From a virus (taxonomy: Duplodnaviria > Caudoviricetes), in IMG/VR virus record IMGVR_UViG_3300018890_000017, positions 1 to 48,463 of that record: DNA of 48,463 nucleotides; one strand, written 5' to 3'. Made by a program: the position numbers and the translations under genes. The number at the start of each line of letters is the position of its first letter. Positions within the stretch are counted from its first letter, which is position 1. The notes beneath the pieces were generated by a model that saw nothing but the letters and a program-made list of their open reading frames with translations, did not search any database and was not told the DNA's origin. This document shows positions 25,414 through 35,400 of this stretch, piece by piece.

Positions 25414-26409
25414 ATGCCCCAGACCAAAGCCGCCGACACGCTGCTGACCCGCCAGGCCGACGCCGTTCTCCTGCCGACCGCCGGGCTCCGCCCGCGGCTG
25501 GGCGGGTTCGGCTTCGGGATGCACTACGAGCCGGACCAGACCGGCGCCGGCAGCGGCGGTGCGGGGGCGGGCGCCGGCGGACAGGCCGGCGCCGGCGGCG
25601 CGGCCGGCGGCCAGGGCGAGGGTGGCGGCGAGGGCGGGGCCGGGGCCACGAAGCCGCCGGCCGGCACGCTCAGCGCGGACGCCGCCAAGCAGCTCCAGCG
25701 GGAGCGGGACCGAGCCAAGACGCTGAACCGCGCGGTCTTCGCCGCGATGGGCGTCAACGCCGACGAGGTCGAGTGGGAGACCGGCGCCGACGGGAGCCCC
25801 GTGCCGAAGGTCCCCGGGCTCGACGCCGTCCGCGAGATGGTCTCGGAGCGCCGGCAGAAGGACGACGCCGACGCGGACAAGAACAAGACCTGGGCCCAGC
25901 GCAAGACGGAGCTGCAGACGCAGCACGCGACGCAGACGAACGCGCTCAAGGCCCAGCACAAGAAGGACGTCGACGGCCTGACGGCGGTGATCAACCGCCT
26001 GGCCGTGACCGAACCGCTCAAGGCCGCGCTGGCCGCCGAGGGCGCGATCGACGACCCGGACGGCAAGGGCAACTACCAGGAACTGGTCGAACTGCTCGCG
26101 CGGTCGTTGCGGACGACGGTCGAGCGGGACGAGCAGAGCAACTACGGCCTCAACGTGCAGGTCATGGGTGCCGAAGGGAACCCCAAGCTGGACGGCCAGG
26201 GGAACCCGGTGGCGCCGCGGGACTTCGTCCGCCAGTGGCTCGACGCGCGGCCGCACCACCGGAAGCCGAACTTCCGGCCCGGCAGCGGCGCGGGCGGTCA
26301 CGGCGGGGCCGGCGGCCAGGGCGGACGCCCGGGCGGCGGGCAGACGATCGCACAGCAGGCCGCGGCGGCCGCCAACGCCCTGTTCAAGGGCTCGACGCCC
26401 GCCGCGTAG
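25414..26409 (+). CDS. Capsid scaffolding protein
   Basis: Gly-rich N-terminus, coiled coil, C-terminal 'P....GSGAGG' motif; upstream of the decoration and capsid genes. Confidence 0.7.
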   Translation: MPQTKAADTLLTRQADAVLLPTAGLRPRLGGFGFGMHYEPDQTGAGSGGAGAGAGGQAGAGGAAGGQGEGGGEGGAGATKPPAGTLSADAAKQLQRERDRAKTLNRAVFAAMGVNADEVEWETGADGSPVPKVPGLDAVREMVSERRQKDDADADKNKTWAQRKTELQTQHATQTNALKAQHKKDVDGLTAVINRLAVTEPLKAALAAEGAIDDPDGKGNYQELVELLARSLRTTVERDEQSNYGLNVQVMGAEGNPKLDGQGNPVAPRDFVRQWLDARPHHRKPNFRPGSGAGGHGGAGGQGGRPGGGQTIAQQAAAAANALFKGSTPAA

Positions 26410-26477
26410 GCGGACGCGACGGCGACACGAACGACTGAGCCGGGGCCCCCGAGCCCCCCAACGAACGCGAGCGAACC

Positions 26478-26903
26478 ATGATCACCATCGGCACCGCAGG
26501 CCTGCGGATCACGACCGACATCCAGTACGACAACGGCCAGCCCCTGCCGGCCGTGGCGACCGCCGCGATGAAGAACGCGTGCCCGGTCGCGATCGACACG
26601 AACGGCCCGGGCCCGAACGGCCAGCCGCGCGTGATCCCCGCCGCCGGCGACGCCGGCCGCGGGGGCTACTACGGGTTCAGCCTCTTCCCGAAGGCCGCCA
26701 ACAAGGCCTGCACCGTCCTGAAGGGCGTGGTCGTCCGCGGGTTCGCCGGCGTCGAGCCGGGCAAGCCCGTGTTCGTCGCCGACGGCCCGTACCCGGCCAG
26801 CCCCGCCGCGACCTACAGCGGCCTGACGCACACGCAGCCGGCGACGGGCCTGGTCATGCGGATCGGCGTCGGCGTCGACGACGACGGGATCCGGTTCGAC
26901 TGA
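26478..26903 (+). CDS. Head decoration / capsid cement protein
   Basis: 141 aa beta-rich protein ('PGKPVFV', 'RIGVG') between scaffold and MCP. Confidence 0.6.
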   Translation: MITIGTAGLRITTDIQYDNGQPLPAVATAAMKNACPVAIDTNGPGPNGQPRVIPAAGDAGRGGYYGFSLFPKAANKACTVLKGVVVRGFAGVEPGKPVFVADGPYPASPAATYSGLTHTQPATGLVMRIGVGVDDDGIRFD

Positions 26904-26994
26904 CCCACGACGGGACCGACATCGCGTGCCGCGGCGGCAACGCCGGGGCGAGTGAACGACCAAAGACGACCCACAACCGACGACGGCACAAGCC

Positions 26995-28068
26995 ATGTAC
27001 ACCGGCAACATCAACATCTTCGGCGCCTACGACTTCCGCGACCTGCCGAACCGCCCGGCCACGGCGCTCGACCAGCAGACGCTGTACGAGAACCTGCAGG
27101 CGTTCGCGACCGCCGCCAGCGCGTTCGTGAGCGAGCTGGGCACCCTCCTGGTCGAGGAGAGCGAGGTCGTCACCGAGAGCTTCGGCGAGGTCAGCGGCGG
27201 CCAGTACCAGAAGATCGCCGAGATCGGGACGATGGAAGCCCGCCGGATCGGCGGCAAGTGGCAGGCCAGCTACCCGATCGACGCGTGGGGCGACCGCTTC
27301 ATGTTCACGCAGGCGTTCCTCGACGACGCCAACCTGGCGGACGTCAACGCCCTGGCCGTGAACAACGCGCTCGTCGACGCGCAGACGTACATTTCCGAGG
27401 TCAACCGCGCGTTCCTGACCAAGGAGAACTTCGAGTTCGACGACAACGTCTGGCCGGGCAAGAAGACCGGCACGCTCAAGTGCAAGCGGCTCGCCAACGC
27501 GGACGCGGCCGACGAGGGATACGTGTTCTTCGAGGGCAAGGAGTTCGCCCTCAAAGACCTGAACCACTACCTGGTCAGCGGCAGCAACACGCTGACCGTG
27601 GGCGCGTTCACCCTCGCCCGCGACGCCCTGCGGAAGGTCGGTCACGACGAGCGGATCGTGTACCTCTGCAGCAAGGCCACGGCCGACGCCGCCGAGGACC
27701 TGGTCGGGTTCGAGAAGATCAAGGACCCGAACGTCGTCGACCCGAACGGCAAGTACGCGCTCGTGTCGAGCCCCCGCGCCCGCGGCCGCATCGCCAAGGG
27801 CGAGGTGTGGGAGTGGCCGAACTTCCCCGACGGGTACGTGTTCGCGTTCGACCGGACCAAGCGCAAGCCGGTCCGCGTCCGCGTGCACCACCTGGCGAAG
27901 TACCGCGGCAACCAGCTCGTGCAGAACGACACCGCCGGCGAGGTCGTCGGCAAGCCGCTGCTGAACAAGATGTACCGCCGGCTGTTCGGCACCGCGGTCG
28001 CGAACCGCGTCAACGGCGTCGTCGTGCAGCTGACGAACGGCGGCGCGTACACCAACCCGGCCATCTGA
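26995..28068 (+). CDS. Major capsid protein
   Basis: 357 aa, strongly biased codons, canonical position. Confidence 0.75.
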   Translation: MYTGNINIFGAYDFRDLPNRPATALDQQTLYENLQAFATAASAFVSELGTLLVEESEVVTESFGEVSGGQYQKIAEIGTMEARRIGGKWQASYPIDAWGDRFMFTQAFLDDANLADVNALAVNNALVDAQTYISEVNRAFLTKENFEFDDNVWPGKKTGTLKCKRLANADAADEGYVFFEGKEFALKDLNHYLVSGSNTLTVGAFTLARDALRKVGHDERIVYLCSKATADAAEDLVGFEKIKDPNVVDPNGKYALVSSPRARGRIAKGEVWEWPNFPDGYVFAFDRTKRKPVRVRVHHLAKYRGNQLVQNDTAGEVVGKPLLNKMYRRLFGTAVANRVNGVVVQLTNGGAYTNPAI

Positions 28069-28104
28069 CCGCCGCCGGCGCCGCCGGCGACGCCAGGGGA
28101 CGAC

Positions 28105-28141
28105 CGCTAACCACCGCCGCGCCGCGACCCGGGACTACAGA
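28105..28141 (+). promoter_or_regulatory. Weak copy 8 of the late promoter motif
   Basis: AACCA-N22-TACAGA upstream of 28201. Confidence 0.3.
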
Positions 28142-28200
28142 CGCCCCGGGCGCGGCCGGCGGCCGAGGCCAGAAACACCCGGCCACCGAGGGAACCAGAG

Positions 28201-28776
28201 ATGAGCGCAAAGAACCTGACCGACCCGCGGCTCACGCGGATGCTGGACGGGGCCCCGCCGTGGGCCCGGCTCCTCACGGCGCTGACGATCGCCGCAGTGT
28301 CGCCGGAGACCGTCGACGCCGCCCTGGACTCGATCGAGGGCAAGAGCCCCGACTTCCGCACCGAGGTGCTGCCCGGCCGCAAGCTGATGGACTTCAACGG
28401 GAAGACGAAGGCCAAGATCCTTGCCGAGGTCGGTTCCAAGGGCCTGGCCAAGGTCGTCGCGGCGTTCGAGCAGCTCGGCATGCGGCTCGAGGACGGCGAC
28501 GGGTTCGTCGACCCGTCGGCCAAGCCGCAGGCGTCGCAGCCGAAGGCGCCGAAGAAGAACGAACAGACGCCCGGCGGCGCTGCCGGCGGGACGCCGCCGG
28601 TCACCCCGCACAAGCCGGACGCCGGCGACGGCAAGCCCGCGGACGCGGACCCGGAGGTCGTGCCCGGCGTCCGCCTGAGCCAGCTCGCCGGCAAGAAGGT
28701 CGAGGAGATCCTCAAGCACGACGGGATCAGCCCCGCGCGGGCCAAGGAGATCTCCGAACTGCCGCCCGCCGCCTAG
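28201..28776 (+). CDS. Hypothetical protein after MCP
   Basis: Strong codon bias; followed by a terminator. Confidence 0.7.
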   Translation: MSAKNLTDPRLTRMLDGAPPWARLLTALTIAAVSPETVDAALDSIEGKSPDFRTEVLPGRKLMDFNGKTKAKILAEVGSKGLAKVVAAFEQLGMRLEDGDGFVDPSAKPQASQPKAPKKNEQTPGGAAGGTPPVTPHKPDAGDGKPADADPEVVPGVRLSQLAGKKVEEILKHDGISPARAKEISELPPAA

Positions 28777-28816
28777 ACCACACGCCGGCGTCTCGGGCGC
28801 CGCCGGCAAGGAGTTC

Positions 28817-28861
28817 GACGGGCGACCGCGGGGCGAAGGCCCCCGGTCGCCCTCGTCTTTT
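28817..28861 (+). terminator. Intrinsic terminator
   Basis: GACGGGCGACCG...CGGTCGCCCTCGTC followed by TTTT. Confidence 0.65.
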
Positions 28862-28870
28862 GGGACGGGC

Positions 28871-29260
28871 ATGGACGACGCCGAAACCGTACTGATCGCC
28901 TTCGAGCATGTCGCCGTTAGCGGCGACCCCAACTGCGCGCGGCTGAGCGACGTCGTGTTCAACGGGTTCACGCCTGGGACGCTGGCGGGCCGCACCGACG
29001 GCGGCCGCCTATACGGTTCACTGCGACGGCACATGACCGGCCCGCGGACGGACGCGATCGAGTTGCTCGTCTACGCCGACCCGTGCCGCACGAGCGACAA
29101 GCTGCTGTGCCGCGGCTCCGTCCCGCGCGCGGGGCGGTTCATGGTGCTGGCCGACGCGAGCGGGGCGGGGATCGCGGGCACGGCGTGGGTCGACGCCTGC
29201 GTGTGCGACTACGACGGGCTCGTGTTCGTCCTGGACCCCGACGCGGAGCAGAGCCGATGA
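28871..29260 (+). CDS. Hypothetical protein, paralog of the N-terminus of the next gene
   Basis: Shares TDxGRLYG...L.....G.G..G.A..D with 29257. Confidence 0.65.
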   Translation: MDDAETVLIAFEHVAVSGDPNCARLSDVVFNGFTPGTLAGRTDGGRLYGSLRRHMTGPRTDAIELLVYADPCRTSDKLLCRGSVPRAGRFMVLADASGAGIAGTAWVDACVCDYDGLVFVLDPDAEQSR

Positions 29261-30048
29261 GCGACGCCGTACCCCAGTTCAACTACGTCCCCGTGCTGGC
29301 CGACTCGGAGAAGGTGCGGCTGTCCGTTGTCACGCTCGCCGGCGTCTCCACGAAGCACGGCAGCACCGATACCGACCGCGGCCGCCTGTACGGCACGGCC
29401 GCGGCCCAGCCGGGCGGGGCCGTGCGGCTCTCCCTGTTCGCGAAGGTGTCAAAGCCGGCCGACGCGCTGGTCCTGAAGGGCGAGGGCGCGGTCGGCGAGT
29501 ACTTCGACCTCGTCGAGCAGAACGGGAGCGGCATGGAGGGGCAGGCCCGGATCGACGCGCACGCGGCCGACGACGCGGGGATCGTCGTCGTCGTCACGTT
29601 CGCCTCCGACCGCGACGTCGTGCTCGCCGCGGCCGAGGCGGCGGCCATGCCGGGGTTCGACGACGCGTACGGCCTGGCGGAGCTCCACGCGACGGCGGTC
29701 CAGACGATCATGACCGAGGCGCTGCCGGCGGCCGTGCCGCACCTGTTCGGCGGGCGGGGCATGTCGGCGTTCGTGCCGCACGCGGCCGACGCGGCGTTCC
29801 CGGACCTGCGGAAGCTGGCCAACGCCGACCAGCTCCGCGTCGCGCAGGGCAACCTGGTCAAGGCGCTCAGCTTCGAGCAGCGCGAGCACCTCGAGGAGTT
29901 CGCGGCGATCGCCGCGGCGGCCCGGGTCCGGTTCGACGAGGCGATGGGGCGGCTGCAGGCCGGCAACAAGCCGGCCGACGACGCCGCGGCGACGCAGCTG
30001 CCGACGGCGACGGCGGGCGTCTCGTTCGGGTCGTTCACGCGGGGGTGA
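29257..30048 (+). CDS. Putative head-tail adaptor/virion protein
   Basis: ATGA overlap; positional inference. Confidence 0.55.
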   Translation: MSDAVPQFNYVPVLADSEKVRLSVVTLAGVSTKHGSTDTDRGRLYGTAAAQPGGAVRLSLFAKVSKPADALVLKGEGAVGEYFDLVEQNGSGMEGQARIDAHAADDAGIVVVVTFASDRDVVLAAAEAAAMPGFDDAYGLAELHATAVQTIMTEALPAAVPHLFGGRGMSAFVPHAADAAFPDLRKLANADQLRVAQGNLVKALSFEQREHLEEFAAIAAAARVRFDEAMGRLQAGNKPADDAAATQLPTATAGVSFGSFTRG

Positions 30049-30054
30049 CGCGCC

Positions 30055-30729
30055 GTGGGCATGCGGATGAACGAGGAGGACGCGGCGCGGATCCGCGGGA
30101 AGCTCGGCACGTTCTTCTCCGGCATGGAGGAGGACCTGACGGCCGCCGGCGAGGCGGGCGCGGACGCGATCGTCCAGACGACGCTGGCCGGCATCGGCGA
30201 GGGCGACCGGCCGTTCGCCCCGTACAGCGCGTCCTACGGCCAGACGATCGACGCGGTCGGCGGCAAGTCGCGTGGCACGACTGACCTGCGGGGCATGTTC
30301 TACCCGCCGGGCACCGGGCCGACGCCGCCGCGGAACACCAAGGGCGGGCTCGCCGCGTGGGAGAAGCGGCAGCGGGCCAAGGGGGCCGGCCGCCGCGGGT
30401 ACGTGGCCGTCACCGTCGCGCAGGGCGCGCGGACGTTCCACGCCCGCACCGCCGTCACCCGCCCGCAGCGGGGGCTGACCGACCCGCTGTCGGAGATGAG
30501 CCGGGACCTGGTCCGGGTCGAGGCGGAGGGGTCGACGCTCCGCATCATCTACGAGCCCCGCGCCCGCAAGCACATGATCTACCACCAGCAGGGCGACGGC
30601 GTCCCGCGTCGGGTGTGGTTCACGGCCGACAAGGCCGCCGTGCGCGGCGGGATGGTCGCGGTGGTCGGCGTCGCGCTCAAGGCCCGCGCCGCCTGGTTCA
30701 ACAGCCGCGACGCCCGGCCGGCCGTCTGA
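30055..30729 (+). CDS. Putative neck / virion morphogenesis protein
   Basis: FAPYS..Y and YHQQGDGVPRRVWF, as in gpS/HK97-gp10-like proteins. Confidence 0.6.
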   Translation: MGMRMNEEDAARIRGKLGTFFSGMEEDLTAAGEAGADAIVQTTLAGIGEGDRPFAPYSASYGQTIDAVGGKSRGTTDLRGMFYPPGTGPTPPRNTKGGLAAWEKRQRAKGAGRRGYVAVTVAQGARTFHARTAVTRPQRGLTDPLSEMSRDLVRVEAEGSTLRIIYEPRARKHMIYHQQGDGVPRRVWFTADKAAVRGGMVAVVGVALKARAAWFNSRDARPAV

Positions 30730-30736
30730 GGGCCGC

Positions 30737-30773
30737 CACGAACTTACCCCCGCCGCGGCCGCCGCGCTAGATT
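30737..30773 (+). promoter_or_regulatory. Late-type promoter motif copy 9 (tail operon)
   Basis: CACGAACTT-N22-TAGATT; ATG at 30785. Confidence 0.6.
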
Positions 30774-30784
30774 CGCCGGCGACG

Positions 30785-31300
30785 ATGGCGGACCTGACCG
30801 TAGACACCCGGCCCGCGGAGATCGTGGAGGACGTGCGCAAGACGCTCGCCGACGCCACGGTCGCCGGGAAGAAGGTGTTCGCGGCCGCCGCCGTGTACGA
30901 CGACCTGGCCACGTTCCAGCGGGTCGCCGACCCGCAGCTGGGCGTGCAGGCGGGTGTGATCGCCCGCCAGCCCGAGCGGGGGCCGGCGATGGACAACTCC
31001 GACGACCACACGGTCCGGCTGTCCGTCGACGTGGCCCTGCGGTTCTCCAGCGTCCGGGCGGCCGGCGCCGACGAGACGAAGGCCGTGGGCGAGATGCTCC
31101 GCCTGGCCGGCCTCGTCCGCCAGGCCCTGTCGGGCGACAGGGGCCGCGGCGGCCGGGCGCACTCGATCGTCTGGGCCGGCGCGGTGCTCGACGGCACCGA
31201 CTTCCGCGGCGCGCCGCGGATCGTGCCGGCCCGGCCGAACCAGGCGTACTTCACGGCGGTCGTGCCGATCGCGTGCGGCTGGGCCGTCCCGCGACAGTGA
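30785..31300 (+). CDS. Putative tail terminator/completion protein
   Basis: Size and position before the tail tube. Confidence 0.55.
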   Translation: MADLTVDTRPAEIVEDVRKTLADATVAGKKVFAAAAVYDDLATFQRVADPQLGVQAGVIARQPERGPAMDNSDDHTVRLSVDVALRFSSVRAAGADETKAVGEMLRLAGLVRQALSGDRGRGGRAHSIVWAGAVLDGTDFRGAPRIVPARPNQAYFTAVVPIACGWAVPRQ

Positions 31301-31334
31301 CCAGAGGCGACTTAACCCCCGAGAGGGCGACACC

Positions 31335-31742
31335 ATGCCAGTCAAACAGCGCTTCAAGAACATCGTCGGCCTGAAGTTCGGCGCCGACGAGTTCAACACG
31401 ATCAAGGAGGTCCAGGTCGAGGAGACGACCGAGGAGCTCACGGACTCGGGCGACAACGACACGGAGGAGACGTTCCTCGAGAAGGGCATCAACCGGTGCC
31501 GCTTCACCCTCCTGATCGCGGACCCGATCCAGGCGCAGGCGATCAAGGCGCACGCGAAGGCGGCCATCACGTTCGACGGCGAGCCGTCGACCGGCGGCAC
31601 CGCCTGCACGTACACGCTGGCCGGCGCGCTCGTGTTCAACCGCTCCCAGCGGGCGATGCACAACGGCGTCCACGTGACGCAGCTGAGCGGCCGGGCCACG
31701 AGCCTGGCGGTCGCCGCGGCCGGTGGCGGCGGCGGCGCCTGA
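31335..31742 (+). CDS. Putative tail tube (major tail) protein
   Basis: Beta-rich 135 aa with EELTDSGD...ETF motif; followed by a hairpin. Confidence 0.6.
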   Translation: MPVKQRFKNIVGLKFGADEFNTIKEVQVEETTEELTDSGDNDTEETFLEKGINRCRFTLLIADPIQAQAIKAHAKAAITFDGEPSTGGTACTYTLAGALVFNRSQRAMHNGVHVTQLSGRATSLAVAAAGGGGGA

Positions 31743-31775
31743 CCGGCCGGCCGCGCCGCCCAACCCGCACCGATG

Positions 31776-31829
31776 AACGGGCCCCGCCGCCGCCGCGCAA
31801 CCGCCGGCGGCGGCGGGGCCGTCCCGTTT
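31776..31829 (+). terminator. GC-rich hairpin / probable attenuating terminator after the tail tube gene
   Basis: 16-bp perfect stem, 31780-31795 with 31805-31820, then a short T run. Confidence 0.55.
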
Positions 31830-31843
31830 GACCCGAGGGCCCG

Positions 31844-32416
31844 ATGGACGAGACGACCGCGGAGAGCAGGCTGGCGTGGCAACAGCGGCGGCGGCGCCCG
31901 GGCACCGGGGGGACGCCGGTCGGCGGGTTCGGCGCGGACGGGTCGTACACGCTGTGGCTCCCGCGGCCCGCCGCCAGCGTCCGCTACGAGTTCCGCGGCG
32001 GCCGGTCCGTCCGCGTCGCCGAGGCGGGGCAGCTCACGCCGGCGATCGTCGCCCTGCGGGACGACGTCCTGCGGTCGCTCCGCAGCGAGGGGGCGTCCCG
32101 GCCGGGCATCGTCTCGGTCGACCTGCGGTTCCTCGACTACGCGGCCGCCGTCGTGCTGGCCAACTACGACCTGCCCGACGCGGACCTGACGTTCATCCTG
32201 AGCGGCAGCCGGTGGATGCAGCCGATGATCCACCACCTGATGGGCGGCGAGGACGTCGCGCGGGTCCTGGCCGAGCACGGCCCGGAGCTCTCCCGGCGTC
32301 TCACGCCGCCGCCGCCGGCCCCGCCGGATCCCGCCCCCGCGTTCGACGCGCCGCCCGCCAAGCCCCGCCGCCGGTGGTTCGGCCTGATCCGATCGCTGGT
32401 GCCCACGGCGGGCTGA
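31844..32416 (+). CDS. Putative tail assembly chaperone
   Basis: Position between tube and tape measure. Confidence 0.45.
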   Translation: MDETTAESRLAWQQRRRRPGTGGTPVGGFGADGSYTLWLPRPAASVRYEFRGGRSVRVAEAGQLTPAIVALRDDVLRSLRSEGASRPGIVSVDLRFLDYAAAVVLANYDLPDADLTFILSGSRWMQPMIHHLMGGEDVARVLAEHGPELSRRLTPPPPAPPDPAPAFDAPPAKPRRRWFGLIRSLVPTAG

Positions 32417-32441
32417 CCGCCCCCAACCCGAGGTCCCCGCC

Positions 32442-35400
32442 ATGAGCGCAGGCAGCGGCGAACGCCTAGAGATCGAGGTCGACTTCGCGACGCAACAGGC
32501 CGTCGAGAACGCGCAGGTGCTCGTCCAGGGCATCGACGAGCTCGCGGCGAAGACGGGCGATGCCGGCCAAGCCGTCGAACGCGCCGAGGGCGGGGTGAAG
32601 GAGTTCGGCGAGTCGGCCGAGCAGGCGGGGGCGAAGGTGAAGGCGGCCGGCGAGGCCGCCGCGGCCGCGGGTACCGGGATGCGCGGGGCCGAGGGCAGCG
32701 CGGGGCTCGCCGCCGCCGCGCTTGAGAAGACGGCGCGGGCGGCGGACCACGCGAAGGACGAACTGCGCGACGCCGGGGCCGCCGCCGAGGGCGCGGCGGA
32801 GGGCGGGCTCACCGAGACGACCCGGGCGGCGCAGGCGGCCGGCCGCGAGCTCCAGGGCACGGGACGGGCGGCCGACGCGGCGGGCAAGGAACTGGCGGGG
32901 GCCGGCCAGCAGGCCACGACCGCGTCGGCCGGCGTCCGCGGCGCGGGACAGGCGGCGGCGGACGCCGGCCAGCAGCTCGGCGAGGTCGGGCGGGCGGCAC
33001 GGCGGGGCTTGGGCGAGGCCCGCGCGCAGGCCGAGCGGTCGGGCGACGCGCTCGACGGGATGGCCCGCCGCGCGTTCAACCTCGTGTCGAGCTTCGCCGG
33101 GCTGGGCGGGGCGCTGCGACTGCTGAAGGAGCTCGAGGACCAGGCCAACCGGGTGATCGACGCCCGCCAGAAGCTCGGCGAGTTCCGCCTGACCCGGGCC
33201 GAGCAGATCCAGCCGCTCGTCGACAACCTCGGCATGAACCCCGACGCGGCGGGCCAGCAGCGCACGGACGCGGTCGTGCTCAAGTTCCAGGAGGAGACGG
33301 GGGCGACGCCGCAGCAGGCGGTCGAGATCCTCAGCATGGCGCAGGCCAACCAGTACCCGGTCGCGGACCCGGCCCGCCCGGAACAGGACGCGAAGCTCCC
33401 CGGGTTCGCCGTCGCGGCGCAGCTGGGCACCTTCGCCCGCCGCCTGCGGCTGCCGGCCCCGGACGCCGCGGAGTTGTTCAAGGTGGCCCGCCTCGCCGGG
33501 GTCCGCGACGAGCAGGGGATGAAGGAGTTCCTCGCGCGGCTCGAGGCCGGCAGCAAGGACACGCCCATCAACAGCCCCGCGCAGTACGTCGGGGGGTTCC
33601 TCAAGGCCGCCGCGTCGCAGCTCGAGGCGCGGGTCCCGCTCAACGAGGTCCTGGCGCAGTTCGCCGCCGCCGCCGGCTCGACGACGGACGCCTCGGTCGC
33701 GGCCACGAACGTCAAGCAGTTCGAGCGGGCCGCCGCCGGCACGGACGACGCCCGCACGCTGCAGCTGGCCCGCGAGGCCGAGCGGCAGGGGGTGATCTCG
33801 CCGGCCTCGGTCGCGCGCGAGCTCGAGGAGGTCGTGCGGCCGCGGCTGGCGGCCGAACAGGCGCCGCAGCGGGAGGCGGACGAGCGGGACCGGCGGGAGA
33901 TCGCCGACGCCGAGCGGAACCTGCGGCAGGTCGAAGAGGCCGCCGGGCCGGAGCTGGCCGTGCTGGCCGACTCGGTGTCGCGGGCGAAGCGCAAGCCCGA
34001 GCGTGACCGTGCGGTGCTCGCGCTCGACGCAAAGCGACGGGAGGTCGACGAGCGGAAGACGGGGCTGCGGCAGCGGATCGCTGACCGGGGTTCGGCGATC
34101 CGCCGCCGTGCCGAGGCGGCCGACCAAGTTGAGCGGGAGGCGGCGCTGGTCGGCGCGTACCGCGGCCTGCCGCTGGCGACGCAGATGAAGGTCCTGCGGG
34201 ACGCGACCGACGGGATGGACGAGCAGGAGCGGGCCAAGCGGATCCGCGCGTTCGCCGACGGGGAGACGTGGCAGTCCATCGTCACACAGGTCGGCACCGC
34301 AGCGAAGGAGAAGTACGCCGCCGTCGCCGCCGGTAGCGCGGCGGCGGACGTCGCCGGGCTCGAGGAACGGAACCGGTCCTTCCGGACGAACACGCTCAGC
34401 CAGGCCAGCCGGGCGGAGCTCGACGCCGAGCAGCTCCGCCTGCAGGGCCCGGCCGGGGCGGAGTACGCGGCGGGGCTGTCGAAGCTCGCCGACGCCGACG
34501 TGGCCCGGCTGCGGGCTGCGGGCAGCGGGCGCGTCGGGCTGGCGGCCGAGATGGGCGCCGTTGTCAGGCGCCTGCCGCGGTCCGAGACGGACACGACCGA
34601 GGACGGGCTCAAAGCGCGGCGCATGATGGTCCTGCTGCGCGACCGCGTGGCCGGGTTCCTGCGTTCGACGCCGGCGGCGGTGCGGCAGCGACACGCCGCC
34701 GCGATCGACGCGTCGTGGAACAGGTTCGAGGCCGCGTACCAGGACGTCGTGGTCAGCGACCGCGGGGCCGACGTGGTCGGCGGGTACGCGGGCAAGGACC
34801 GGCTGAGAAAAGCCCAGGAGATGGCGGCGGAGTTCGGGGCGCTGCGGGCGTCCATCCAGGCGGACGTGCGGCCGGACGAGCCGCTGCCCGTCGGCGACGA
34901 GCCGGGGGCGGCTCAGGTCGCGCCCCCCATGCCCGTACCGGCGACGCCCGCCCCCGTGGCGCCGCACCCGACGCCCGCCGTCACGCCCTCGGCGCCGCCG
35001 TCGCCGGTGCCGCCCGCCGCGGGATCCCCGCGGGCCATGGCCGAGCCGTCGTTGCCGCCCGCGGGCGAGCGGCCGGCCGCGCTCCCGGAGCGGTTCGCCT
35101 CGGCCGGCGCGTCGGACGTCGGCGACCCGCTCGTCACGGCCGTCGGCGAGTTCGTGCTGCGGGGCCGGCGCGAGCGGGAGGGCGGGGGCCCAGTACTACC
35201 GCCGCCGGCGCCCGCCGCCGATCCGGCGGCGCCGGCCGCCCCGACCGACGCGGTCGCGGCCGCCGACGGAGATCTGGCCGACGCCCGCGCCGAGCTGGCG
35301 CGGGTTGAGGCGGCGGGGTGGGGCAAGGACGAGGACGACCACGCCCCGTACTTCCGCGCCCACGCCGCGGCGACGAAGCGCGTCCGCGCGGCGGAGGCGA

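Noticed and set aside
31844-32441. Programmed tail-chaperone frameshift (G/GT)
   Set aside because: No clear slippery heptamer and no room for a second frame before the tape measure gene.
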